DNA of 63,973 nucleotides, counting the filler, from Perkinsus olseni (lineage: Eukaryota): assembly GCA_013115125.1 (NCBI GenBank). It is 4 parts of 4 records of this genome, joined end to end, with 100 filler letters (N's around TTAATTAATTAA, not from the genome) between each part and the next. Parts side by side here need not be neighbours in the genome. Positions count along the whole stretch, not along the records: positions 1 to 17,101 come from JABANN010000656.1; positions 17,202 to 34,278 come from JABANN010000657.1; 2 more parts are not named here. One strand, written 5' to 3'. Positions 13,306-25,354 of this stretch are shown here, in pieces. The notes beneath the pieces are model-generated. The model did no database searches. It was not told the DNA's origin and saw only the letters and a program-made list of their open reading frames with translations. Position 1 is the stretch's first letter. Each line of letters starts with the position of its first letter. Position numbers and translations under genes: made by a program.

Positions 13306-13887
13306 CTAGGAAATCATCGCAACATGGCTGTTCCGCCGGAGTCTGAGCTTCTCGGTCCTTGCACCAGCGGAAGGTGTCGGCACCCGATCCATCGCCAAGT
13401 TCACCTCCGAATAGAACGATCTGGTCGTGCACTCCTCAGCCACACATCTATCTATCTCATACTCCTCAACAAATTTTCTCTTCTGCCATTTCTCCTCCAG
13501 AATCTTCGCCATGTTGATCTGAAATAACATCGAAGGTAGACACGGTCATTGCGTAGACCATAGATGAGCCTGCTGGGCGAGATTACCAGTCCAGCTGAGA
13601 GAATCTGAAGTCCGGCCAGCTCAGTCCGCCAAGAGGAAGGTGCAAAGGCAAAACCGAAGCAGCTTCGCCGAGGCTCATTCTGGCGCAGATTCCGCGAAGA
13701 ATTCATTGCAAGAAATGAGTAGTTTACCCCCAGCAGCCCGAATTCCTACGATATGATTTTGCCATTGAGGTGGACATCCAGCTCTATGTAAAATCTTGAG
13801 CCCCCAGTTCTGCCCAGGGGCTACAAGTTTATCACATTTGATAACCAGCGATACATAGAGCATCAACTGGCGGCGACTGAGCAACAA
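13306..13887 (-). CDS. Unknown paralog family member 3 (partial exons)
   Basis: Peptides APGQNWGLKILHRAGCPPQWQNHIV and QINMAKILEEKW...VAEEC. Confidence 0.5.
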
Positions 13888-15369
13888 GAAATCAGGTTCG
13901 AATGTGAATTTTACGAAGCCACTCGAGTGGTAGTATCGAAGCTGAAACCCACCTCATAGCATCCAGACTAGCTTCAGACGTGCTAGCCGGGCTGGGTATG
14001 AAACGGGCTGGCATGCGGGTATGAGCGCGGCAAAAACTGTGGAGGGCCAAACCATTTCACGCCGCCACTCACCCTCTCACCACATTCTTGATTTGAAGTC
14101 ATGAGAGATCTGCGAGGTTGAGTTGAGTTGAGATTGACACAGTTCAACTGTGGCAGTTGTCCGCGAGGTCAGTTGCTAACCTAGCGGCTTCCTATCGACA
14201 ATTACCCCCAGATCTACAGGACCTACTCCGCTAGAGGACCAAAAACTCTGATTCCACGGAGGAACTTCCTCCATCTCCAAATGTCACATTTTCTTTTCAG
14301 AATCCGTGAGTCATTGACTATATTATCGTACCCCGAATCACTGACTATATTATCGTCGTCTAGGCCACAACTGACCGTATCTTATGTGGCCTACCACCAA
14401 CATCCGGCGTAGCATACAGTATGACGTACTGGCTCAGTACTACTGAGTACGCTAATAGTATGTCGCATACTTCTTCGCGTGTTCTCGGCACCGTTGATGA
14501 CCAACCGCCGGTTGGCAATCGCTGGTCGCCCAGACGGTCAAAGAGAGCTGCCCCAACTAGCATCCAAAACATGAAACGAATTCACGCCCGCAGTCAAGAG
14601 TGACTAGAAACATTACATGAAAAAAACCAAATCGAAGAGTGACTCTTGACTGTCAGGAGTCCTGACTCAGGACTGTCCCGAATCCAAAATCGACGAAAAC
14701 AGGACATCAGCGGACAACGCGAGCCCAATCACTCCAACAGTACTTGTCCGGTCGATGCGAATTATGAAAGTGTCAACCCTTGATTCCAACTACAACGCAA
14801 AAGCTCATCGAAAGATGACACAAGATCGCCTGAGCACATAGGGCAGTACGTATGATTACCGGTACTCGAAGAAGAGATATGGGGCGAAAAGACAGTTAGT
14901 ATCTCGAGCAATATTAAGAAGATATCGTGTGGTACAAGCACGGGCGCATCTTGAGGTCTTTATGGCGGGATAAGCTTGCTCAAGATCGCGCGCCACAGAG
15001 GATACCATACTTAAGGCCTCATATGGAATCAGTTACACTAATGTATATCTACTAATAATCAAAAAACCTCTATCTATCACGTGATAAAAGAGTCATGCTC
15101 GAAGTTGAGCATTAGAAGTGACCATACGGACACCAGGGTCCACTTTCTTAGAATTACGCGCCTCAAACGCACCCCTCTTCACCAATACGCCTGACAAGAG
15201 AATACATAGAGCTTAAGCGCGTGGCAGGCGAGGCAAGTTCGGCATTGGCCCCATCTCTATAGATGACTGCAGCCTTCTCAGTCCGTCAGTAATGACTTAG
15301 AAATGAAAGGAGAAATATCGTTTCATCCAAAATCTCACCATGTCACGTTAGCTACTACGTCGAACGTTT

Positions 15370-15951
15370 TTACCAACCGTTCGGTTCAGCTAGTGCCGAA
15401 CTACCCGTCTTACGTTGGCATAATTCCTCCGTACAAACACAGCCCTTCGGTAGCGTCAACTTGACGATCTCAGCTTGCCCTTTGGCATTCTCGAACTTCG
15501 ATTCATCAGGGTCGAAATCAGGATGATTAGTGATCACCACCACGGCGCTTATCTGCATAGTTTCGGCAAAGCAATGCACTCGTGCACTAAAAGGACGTCC
15601 ATATTGGCGTCCTAGGCGCTTGCTATTTTGCAAAACTCTTGGCTCGCTTTCCAGTGGCAAATTAGTGAAAGAGCAAGGCCGAATACGTTGAAGACAGAGG
15701 AAGATGGTTCATGGGCTAAGCGCGTTCGATTAGCCTTGGATTCTACCCGCCAACAACAGAGCAAAGAAGTACCAATGGTGACACCACCGACCAAAATCTC
15801 CCGCTAGTATGGTCGTTAACATCGCGGAGGCCCTGCAGTATTCGACCTCCCTTATTACGTTGAATGCTCTGAAGAAATCAGCGCTCGGACGCTCTGGTGC
15901 TTGTAGGATCACATCGGATACGTAACTACGAGGATACTCAACAACCGTCAC
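15370..15951 (-). mobile_element. Possible decayed non-LTR retroelement endonuclease remnant
   Basis: Broken intronless ORFs containing ILAGDFG, which resembles the APE GDFN motif. Multiple stops. Confidence 0.25.
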
Positions 15952-17101
15952 GCGCCACGAAATTCATACCGGCAGCTCAGCAAGGATAAAGCTCTTTCGC
16001 CGTCAGATGTGACGGTACTATCAGTTTCTCCCTTCGCCGAAGAATCGTGTCGAACGCCAACCTAAAGAAGCGATCACTAAAAAATTGAGCGAGAAACGTT
16101 GACTCTCACCAGAAGATAGTCGGCACCTTTGACAGCTTCCATGGCAAGACGAAGTGCTTCGACGTGTGAAGTATGCAACAGATCCCAAACAGCGGAGATA
16201 TATACAATCTGGAGACCAGAACAAATCTCGAATCGTCACCGCGCCACGAAATAGCCTACTTTAGTCGCATTCTCAATAGGCTTGTTGCCCCGCGAGAATT
16301 CAGACATTCTCCTGCTGGTCAGCGAGAAAGCCTCATTGGCGTTGGCGCCAGGATGACAACCCAAAATCTGACGAAAGAACGACGAAAGAACACCGATGAC
16401 AAAAACGCATCTTCTTCGCGCAATTTATGGTACAATAAGACAGTGCAACACCCAGTGAGCATATTTTCAACTGTCGAATCACTGACGACATGTACGCTGA
16501 TTCTAATATAAACGACACTAACTTCAATATGACTGATACTGAACTGAATGAAATAGCGTTTAATCAATGCCCAATGATCTCAGGTTACATAAAGGCGAAA
16601 ACAGCAGCATCACGTAAACTAGAATTTCCACGAAAGAGGGTAAAACCGAAGAAGGCAATGTATTCACTCACAGTGAGAATATCGATCATCCCGACCACTA
16701 TTCAGGGTAGGCATAAGCGCTATGAATAGCAAAGTTCATTCAAACGCCAGTTTTTAACCAGTACAAAGTCATTCGATATGATTGGTCGAAAGTCGATCGC
16801 CGATACCGGATATTTCTGTCTCGACCATCGAACGTTACTATGTTATTATCATTTCAGTAAAACTACGACCAAGTACGGTGCAGATCAACAGCGAGCTACT
16901 ACTCTGTTAATTAAGGTCGTAGTAGAAATACACTCGCTTCTCCTGAACTCACGATACCTGACCAAAACTATATTTCGCGCGCCACGAAATTTCAACCAGA
17001 TAACGACTACCTGCCCGCCTCTTTCACGTAACCGTACATATCAGTGCCATCGGAGGCCTTGGCGATATCATCACCGTGCACGGCATAGTCGATACGATGC
17101 T

Positions 17102-17201
17102 NNNNNNNNNNNNNNNNNNNNNNNNNNNNNNNNNNNNNNNNNNNNTTAATTAATTAANNNNNNNNNNNNNNNNNNNNNNNNNNNNNNNNNNNNNNNNNNN
17201 N
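17102..17201. other. Artificial contig linker N44-TTAATTAATTAA-N44
   Basis: Identical 100-bp linker occurs three times and gives stops in all six frames. Confidence 0.98.
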
Positions 17202-17430
17202 TGCATTCCTCACTGATGAGAGCAGAACATCCTCAGGATAGAGGGGAGGCCGAGAAACTCAATCACCTTAGAGATACCGGATCCATGGCACCATTGAGGC
17301 ATTGTGGAGGAATGGGGTGCAAGGCGCCGTTGCCGACTTTCCTGAGTGTTCCGCCAGCATTGTCTGGCAGTCCCAGAACCGCTGCAGGGAGAAGGTAGAG
17401 CAGAACAATGAGGTGCTGTAAGGCAACCAT
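17202..17430 (-). CDS. 5' exons (signal peptide) of a fourth esterase paralog, cut by the contig edge
   Basis: Near-identical to 26752-26980 (MVALQHLIVLLYLLPAAVLG...IPPQCLNGAMDP). Confidence 0.75.
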
Positions 17431-17787
17431 ACTTACGAGGATATCCAAGTCTGCGCAGCGATAATGTCTTCAAGGTCATATCATGCATTAACGGTACACA
17501 ACTCAATTTATTCACCGCCTGACGCCATCACGATTGATTATCAATTTATGCCGGGGGAGTCTCTTCACTGCGGGCGCTCATCACAAATCTAGTCCGGAAG
17601 TTTTGGCTGCTACTAAAGCTTATCCTGTTAGCTGTGCATGCGCGTAGTCTAGGCTAGCAGTCCATCGGCCAGAACAGAGCATACAATAGACCCCGACTAA
17701 ATGCAAAGCTGTGAGCCACGACTGAGCAACAGCTGGTGCTTAGACACTCGGCGGACCTCTCAAGATCCCCTCTCAATCGTCCGCGTC

Positions 17788-18093
17788 TGTCGAGGAACTC
17801 GCAAAGTATTTGGAATCCTCTGCCAGGACAGTGTCCCGCGGGGACAGTCCCCGCGCCGCGACGTCATCGGCGTTGACCTTCTGAAGTACTTCGCCCTCCC
17901 CCCTTCGTTCGGGGGTAGTGCGGTGGTATCGTCGGCATCTCCGACGTTCCCGAGATCCCCGGTTGACGAACGTGACATGGGTGAGATGAATGCCAGAAGC
18001 AATGAACAAGACTAATGGGCTAGCCTCAGAGGGTGACGTGGTTCACGTCACGGAGAGACAGAACGGAGCGCTCGCCAACTCGCGCAAGCGACA
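17788..18093 (-). mobile_element. 3' LTR (306 bp) of an LTR retrotransposon
   Basis: Termini TGTCG...CGACA; polypurine tract GGGGGAAGGGGAG (minus strand, 18094-18106) directly adjacent; lies just downstream of the integrase ORF. Confidence 0.75.
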
Positions 18094-18120
18094 CTCCCCT
18101 TCCCCCGGAAAAAGCAGCTG

Positions 18121-19032
18121 TTAGGGAGATGCCGCTGGAAGTGAAGCAGAGGGCAGTTTGCAAACAGCTGCAGGCGAAATGAACTTCAGGTGGTGAAGAT
18201 GGACTCGCTTGGTCGACCGCAGGTTGGCTAAAGCGACCTTATAGAGTCGGGGAGAAACGACTTGAACAATCCGACACGGTAGGAAGGGACGGTAGTACTT
18301 CTTCTGCTTTCCAAACCGACGAGCTAACCAAATCTCGCCAACGGCAGGGAGGCGGCCGGAACGGAGTCGTGGTAGAGGCGGGGCAGAATCAGGGTAGTCT
18401 GCATCCGTGATGGTATCAACCGACTCCTCAGGAGGTCGGAAGACAGGGTCAACTTCTGGATAGGGCCAGGGAGAGAAGGAGAAGACCGAAGAATGCGGAG
18501 TACGACCAGTAAGGCGGGTTACAGCCGTGTTGAACATCGAGGTAGCCTTGACAATAGTGGTTTTGAAAAGTCCAAAGGAGAGGTCATCAGCAGAGGCTGA
18601 GCGTACACGCTCGTTAAGCACACGCTGCACTCGCTCGACTTTGTCATTCACCCAAGAGCTCGCGACAGATGACGGAACGGAAGAAGCGTGCATCCAGTTC
18701 AACGTGGAGAGGAACTCAGCCGACGTGAACTGGGAGCCGTCATCATGGTAAACCGTCCGCGGAACCGTGTTGAAGCACTCGAACATGGTCCGCAACAAGG
18801 CGGAAGCAACTTGAGAAGTAGGCATGGACTTGGTGACACGTGTGAGGAGGTAACCGCTGAAATTATCAACTAGAGTTACCACGTACAGCTCGTATTCCTT
18901 GTAAGGACCGACAATATCCATGTGAACCCGGAACATGTGAATAGAGCTATGAAGAGATTCAGAAAAAATGCCTCCAGAATTTCGGTAGCTCCCGTGGGAG
19001 GCCAGGAAGAGGCTTTCGGAGAGGGTCAGCAA
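18121..19032 (-). mobile_element. Ty3/Gypsy-type integrase (rve, DDE) of a 5'-truncated LTR retrotransposon
   Basis: Motifs VHMDIVGP, LVDNFSGY, YHDDGSQFTS and KVERVQR, with C-terminal RVHLHHLK. No RT or gag seen upstream. Confidence 0.85.
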
Positions 19033-21055
19033 GGCGACATCCGATCGGCCGCGCCAAATTTGGCGGTTGGTAACTTTCGGCTGGAAGGGGGCGAAGGAGG
19101 TTGTAGCGGCTCAGATGATAAAAGTGCTAGGGAATCCGTAGCGGTCGATTTGCCCGGGGCGATCGAGACCAATGGTAAAGGAGACCCGAACGCGATGGAG
19201 AGATGTAGCGGTTCACTGGAAGACAGAGGAACGGAAGGCGTCGCTAAGTCCAGATCGGTAAGGATGGACGTACCCGAGGCAGCTGGGAAGGAGAGCAAGA
19301 ACAGCCTCGCCAGCAGTGGAGACGAGAAGTGGGTGGAGATGGCCGTCCCTACATGCGTCTCGTGCTTCTGAAATCTGTGATAGATTACAGAGTACTCACG
19401 CTGCGCCGATGGAATGTCTATGTGCTCAACGTGAGAGCCCTGACAGGGGTGGGCTGCCACGCTCTGTGACCGAGAAGTTGCGGCGAGGACCTCCAGACCT
19501 GATCTGCCTCATGATACACGCCAATTGAAAGAGCTCAATGATCAAGAGCTTTCCAGAAGCGCTGACCCAGACGCGCTGCCATGCGTGCAATTATTGCGGA
19601 ACGGCTATTATAGCCGTTCCGCCGTCTCGGTCCATGCTGATCGATTAATAGCCGTGTTCATTGTTTTGCAACGGTTGATGCAACTGTCGGTGTCAACTGG
19701 AAAAGGGTCGAAATTTTGGTTCTTTTAGTCAACACTCGGAGCTTCTGCCCCCTCCATTTCTCCTGCGAGGGCATTTTGGTATGATTACTGGCGCTGCAAC
19801 CGGTACTGGATTGATACCCCTGCTCACGAGCAGATTGTATCTCCTCATCACGGGAACCGATGCACCCAACCAGCAGGAATCTATGTTTTGGTTCTGGACG
19901 AATGGAACTGTGAGTCTGCGGCTGTCTCTACTAGAGACTCTCTAGGGGTCCCGAAAGTTGTCGGAAAGAGTCGAAATGGAGAGAGCGAGAGGAGGCAAGC
20001 ATTTCCCCTCATAGCGACCGTAGTCACGTGGGTGACTCAACTCGCCTACCATTATCGCAGAAGCTATGTGTATTCCGTACTGTGCAACGGCCTGAAAGCC
20101 CGCTGTGGACAAAGTTGATGGTGGTCGACCAGTGATTGTTCTTTTCAGAGGTTAATTTTCGGCGTACTACAGCTCATACTGCTCCTTGATGCGGTTCTTC
20201 TATCGCTGGTTATACGCATTCTAGTGCTCGGCCTCAATGGTGAACTCTTCCCCGAGTGAGCCGGCGCGAAAAATGGGAGATTTGACGACGGTAGCAAAAA
20301 AGAGTCGCCGTGTTCGCCTAAGTTAAAGATTTCTCGTAGAATGGAAAACTATGGATCGTTTGACACCAATGATGCCACCGGAGTTGTTTTTCTCGAGTTT
20401 GCCCACGCTTTGAGAGAAGCTCGAGTAACACGCTTCGAACCTCTCGACTTTTCATCTGACTGGCGTGAGAGAGCCGCCTCTTGCGAGTCACTCGCAAGAG
20501 TGAAGGGTGTCCGATGTCGCAGCCTGCGAGTGAGTCTTTCCTCATTCACAATATGCAACCCCACGACGGCCGGTATGTGTAATCTCCATCCATGATAATC
20601 GCTTGCTCTGCCCCTTCTCAGTGACGATGCCGAAACCGATCACAGTGCGGAGTTGGCGCTTGTAGATGTTTTTGCTGGTATAGACTATACCGTATAGTTG
20701 TTATCCTCATCTTCCACCAGATTTGGCGAATGGTCGGTATTGCTATAGCAGCACGCTTGAAGACGGCTGTTATTTGTCGATGGGGTGTCGATCATATCAG
20801 GTCCCGGGGTTTTTGTACTACTTTACTCCGGCAACAGCGACCGAGTTGATGAAAAGGGCTAATATCATAGAGCAGACGGTAGAGAAGGAAGTGAGAGTTT
20901 TAAAAGGTGAGGAACAGTAACTGTTAGGCAGAGTACTAATCACGCGCGGACTTCGAGCGAATCGGCTTGTTCATAGAATCGTTGGAACATCTTCTTAGTA
21001 TAAGTCTTATACTATAAGAAAGTTGCAACAGTTTCCACTTGCAACTGGCGAGCTT

Positions 21056-21329
21056 AAACTGTACCAGAGGACACTGCACGAGGAGCAACTGTACTGAAAG
21101 CCACCGCACGAGTGGAAACTATACCAGAAGACACTGCACGAGGAGAAACTGTACCAGAGGACACTGCACGAGTGGCAACTGTACCAGAAGACACTGCACG
21201 AGCGGCAACTGTACCAGAAGACACTGCACGAGTGGCAACTGTACCAGAAGACACTGCACGAGGAGCAACTGTACTGAAAGCCACCTCACGAGTGGCAACT
21301 GTACCAGAAGACACTGCACGAGGGGCAAC
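21056..21329. repeat. 30-bp minisatellite, about 9 units (GCAACTGTACCAGAAGACACTGCACGAGTG)
   Basis: Direct tandem repeats; a variant unit (ACTGAAAGCCAC) appears twice. Confidence 0.95.
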
Positions 21330-22169
21330 AGATGCCCGGCAGCTGTAATACAGCTACTGTATCAGTTGACACGAGACGAGAATAGGATGTACTGATCAAA
21401 CACGTACCAGATGAACTCTGTACGAATTACTCCCTGTACCTCTGGCAAGAAGTGATATCCGCCTCTGCCCAGTGATTCGGGTTCACGCCTGAGAGTGTTC
21501 GAGGCAAATACACGACGAATCCGACATAAACTGCGTCATGCGGTAGCCATCGTGATGACCATGGTGATATGAACAACGCACTACTCGGTTTGCAATAGCG
21601 TTCACCAAACCGAGGATGCATCTCCGGCGAACCATTCCTCGTAATCTTGGTATCATAGCTTAACCGCTCGCGATAAGAGAATTCACGCATCTATTCAGGC
21701 TGCGGTTTCTGCGTATCTTCCGCGCACTACGAAATAAGTCGGTCCTTGATGAAGCGAGAGATGCAATCTTGGCGAGCCAGACAGAAGAGAGACCGAGCCC
21801 GACGTACAACCTGCAAGAGAGTCTTTTCGAGTTAGCACCGGCAGCCGCATCGACTGTTGACGATGAGTAATGCTGGGAAGCATGGGTTTACACCACTTTA
21901 TGCTACCAGATTCGACGCGGTTGCTGAACGTTGGTCAGCCGTGGACAGAATGGCCAATAGGATGAGACGGTCGACTAGAATGTCGCGTCGCTTGGTGAGT
22001 GTCGCTGTGCATGCGTGCTGAAGGGTCGCTTCGGCTGAGCTGACTCGGCTCCATGATGAGCTAGTGTACACCTTTCCCAGATCGTCGCGACGTGTACCTC
22101 TCATAATGAACTGTGATAAACGATAGGGAATACGAATCTGTCATCTTCGCTGCTAGCTAGAGCGTGGGT

Positions 22170-22690
22170 GTCCCGTCGAGTTCTCGGGGCGCGCCAGAAA
22201 CGATGACGTTTCGCTATGATTGGATTTGGTACGGGTCGTATCTTGGTGTACTTGAGCACAGTCTTGCCGCACGGAACCATAAGAAAGGAGGCATTGGGAT
22301 AACCGGTCAAATTTCAGCATGTCCCAGGGGTGACGGAGCTAGTCTTCAAATTGTACGATATCGATCACAACGGTCGACTCCAGTGAGATGAGCTTCGGCG
22401 AGCTATAGTGGCACAAGGAATAAACAGAGGAGATGCTGAGGTATTCGCCCATGCACGTCTCACTGAGAATAGTGCCGAGCACTGCGTTGCTCGGCTATCT
22501 CTTGTATGCTGTTTCGCTCCGCTTTAATTCTGTGACATGTTAGGTAGTTTTGAATGATTGGGTGGATATTTTTGACGTCGACGGCGACGGATGCCTGAAT
22601 CTCCGAGAGTTCAAGAATCTCGTGGTAAGACTACACCGGGGTCCGGTCGCGCTGCCAGAGTATACTGCGCAGCGCAGTCTGCGCTGATAG
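22170..22690 (+). pseudogene. EF-hand protein pseudogene
   Basis: EF loops YDIDHNGRLQ*DE and FDVDGDGCLNLREF in separate exons; three in-frame stops in the first exon. Confidence 0.65.
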
Positions 22691-23107
22691 TCTCTTTATT
22701 TAATGAAGTTTATCATGAAGTGAGATCGAGGATTCCAGTCTTGAGTCAACAACGAGTCTGTCGCTAACAGCAAATGCGCGTTTCTCTTTAGCGCCTGCGC
22801 TTGACGAGTAGTGTATAAAAATTTCGTGCCGTAGAAAGACTCTCACCGAGGTGTCTCTCTGTCTCGACCCTTTCTAGCGGAGATGTAGCGTAGAACGGCT
22901 AGCAGTGCCACATACTCCGTCGCACATATTAACAGTACCGCAGATTCCGATATACATATCAACAATGCCACATACCCCGTTGGCATATCACGGTCGTTGT
23001 ACACTACACTATACACTGCATTGCAGTATCGATCTTCCTTGCTTGCAGTCACTGCATCGAGATGATAGATAACCTCGCACTCGCAACAGTTTCAATGGAA
23101 TAGCAGA

Positions 23108-23560
23108 ATGGATATACAGCCGGTTGAAACATCTTCGGTTTATAATGCTCAGGCAGTTCTGGAGTACTTGGAATCACCTTTCGATGCCCCAGCTTGCCAC
23201 AAGTGGCTAGCGCGGGTGTTTAAGGTCAGTGATAATAAAGAAGAGACCACACCGAAGATATTCCAGAAGGGTATCCTTGAGCGATTAGGAACGCCGTTGC
23301 GAGAGTCTGAGGTGATGGTACTGCGGTTAGAAAACTTGTGGGCCGTATCGGTCCGCCTTCAGCAGGTGGCAGAATTCTCTCGAGCTGTGCTCAGGGCTGA
23401 GCCGTCGAGAGCGGATTGTAGTGGAGACGAGACGTAAGTGAGTGATGATGGGGTATCGCCGTTGAAGATTCGGCGACGCCGAGTCGGCGAGCACTCGGTC
23501 TGCATCGTGACGCTTCACCTCGCTCATAGAGTCTATGACATAGACGATGGTGTAACGTCA
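23108..23560 (+). mobile_element. Possible hAT transposase C-terminal (dimerisation) remnant
   Basis: LW...VAEFSRAVLRAEPSRADC...IRRRRV loosely resembles the hATC W..LA..VL..PSSA.CER pattern; interrupted by a stop. Confidence 0.35.
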
Positions 23561-23624
23561 CTGAAATTGGTAGCATCGTGTCTGCGGGCAGGAAACTTTC
23601 CTGAGGAAAGAGTACCCTTCAGAA

Positions 23625-23760
23625 CAGGGTGTACACATCCAGGAAATTTCCGAGCCGTCGGAAATTTCAGCCAGTCCTCAGAGGAAATTTCCTGAAATTT
23701 CCGTTTCCGTTGAAATGGGGAAAAATGTGGCTCCGAATTTCCCCCTTGATTTTCTTGAAA
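23625..23760 (+). mobile_element. hAT-like DNA transposon end A (TIR CAGGGTGTACACAT, subterminal GGAAATTTCC repeats)
   Basis: The TIR is preceded by CTTCAGAA; several GGAAATTTC motifs follow. Confidence 0.7.
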
Positions 23761-24047
23761 CCTCTCTGGCAATGTCTCTGTGACATTGTCACATCGCACT
23801 TGATACATCAGTATTTCAGTCTCCTAATAATACTGATAGACTATTAGTAATAAATTATTACTAATAATCTATTATAGTCCATTAGGTGCGATCAAATCGA
23901 TCATCTGGGCGCGTGCTCAGCACATCCTTTACTTCTATGTTTGAGGGGCTTTCAACCAAAACCATTCCGAAAAATTTTCGGCGAAAACACTAGGATTCCC
24001 TTAGATGCGCATTATGGTGTGAACTACTACCAAACGCGATTCTGAAG

Positions 24048-24190
24048 CAGGGTGTGCACATAGATTTCCACGGCGGAAATTTCATAGAAATTTCCGAACT
24101 CTATTTCGGAAATTTCCGGCGAAGGCGGAAATTTCCAAAAAATATGAAATTCGCGAATGCTCGCTGTTCCAGCCTTATTTCGCAAATTTG
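24048..24190 (+). mobile_element. hAT-like DNA transposon end B (TIR CAGGGTGTGCACAT, subterminal GGAAATTTCC repeats)
   Basis: The TIR is preceded by TTCTGAAG, the reverse complement of the 8 bp before end A. Confidence 0.7.
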
Positions 24191-25354
24191 CCCTCTCCCG
24201 AGTAACGTAGTAACGCCTCCAGCGTGATATGCTAATGCGTCGACGTTTTAAGCCTTCAAACGTGGAAGGTTTGACCTGTTGAATACAGTTTAATAAATTG
24301 AAAAGTATCCGGGCGAGGCCCTCGCCAGCTAGCTCTACTGGCCCAGTAGTATTGGGCAATGAGATGAGCTAGCTCCCATGTGTCTTTATCGGCTCTGTCA
24401 TGGTGGAATCCACCAGGTGGATTGAGAGGTATTCGGTTGATTTGGCATCAGACAACCTCCTGGTTGGTAATAGTTGCAGTAGAGGGGAGCTTGATACAAC
24501 TGGGAGATGGCGGAGGACTATGTATGCAAAATATCGGAGTGTTTGTACCAGTTTGTTCGGTTGAACCATGGAGCCTGTAAAATGATGTCCATTTCGATTC
24601 GTGTTGTCTTTGTTCCGTTATGAAGCATCGGCTGGCGCGGCTAGGCTGTGAGTCATATAAGCCAACTAGGCGCCCTCCGAGCGAGCACTTGGAATTTAGA
24701 GGCCCTTCGAACTTCGAAGGGTCTCTAGATTTGAAGTTCGAAGTCTTTTGGGTGGTGATGACTCGCTTCCCTTCGCGCATTGTTATTAAGATGTTAACAA
24801 ACATCAGTCATGCGGAGAGCTCGTTGAGTTGTATCAGAATCTCGAAGCCATTCGGATGACTCAATTTTCGAACTGGTGCGAAGTCGAGCGCCCCCGAGGT
24901 TGTTCATACTCCTAACACGACTCGACGATGCCACGCGAGAAGCGTCTTGAAAGGATAATGTCTTGAACGATTCCTTTATCCCATCCTGTCCTATCAGGAT
25001 GATCGGATCATTCTGATCCTGATAATATAAATGATACTGCGCATCAGAATGCTGCCCGTCTTAAGCGCATCGGGTCGCGAGCGGCCCATCACATGCGGAT
25101 GTAACAAGAAAAGCGTGGCACATGCGCGATTGGATGCCACAAGTCATGGGGCAAGACAATGAAAAAAGCGAGAATCATGTACGGAAGTATTCAATCGGAT
25201 CTATCCATGATCATCATCCTGCAAATCTGCTTCTGGCGTGAGTACACGCCTCTGGCGTCATCGTCGTGAATGATGCACTCACTAAAAAGTTAACACATGC
25301 CACATGTGACATGCGGGATGAACACCAGCTGATCAGCTATCCAGCTGAAAATTT

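Noticed and set aside
21056-21329. CRISPR array
   Set aside because: The repeats are contiguous with no unique spacers, the context is eukaryotic, and there are no cas genes.
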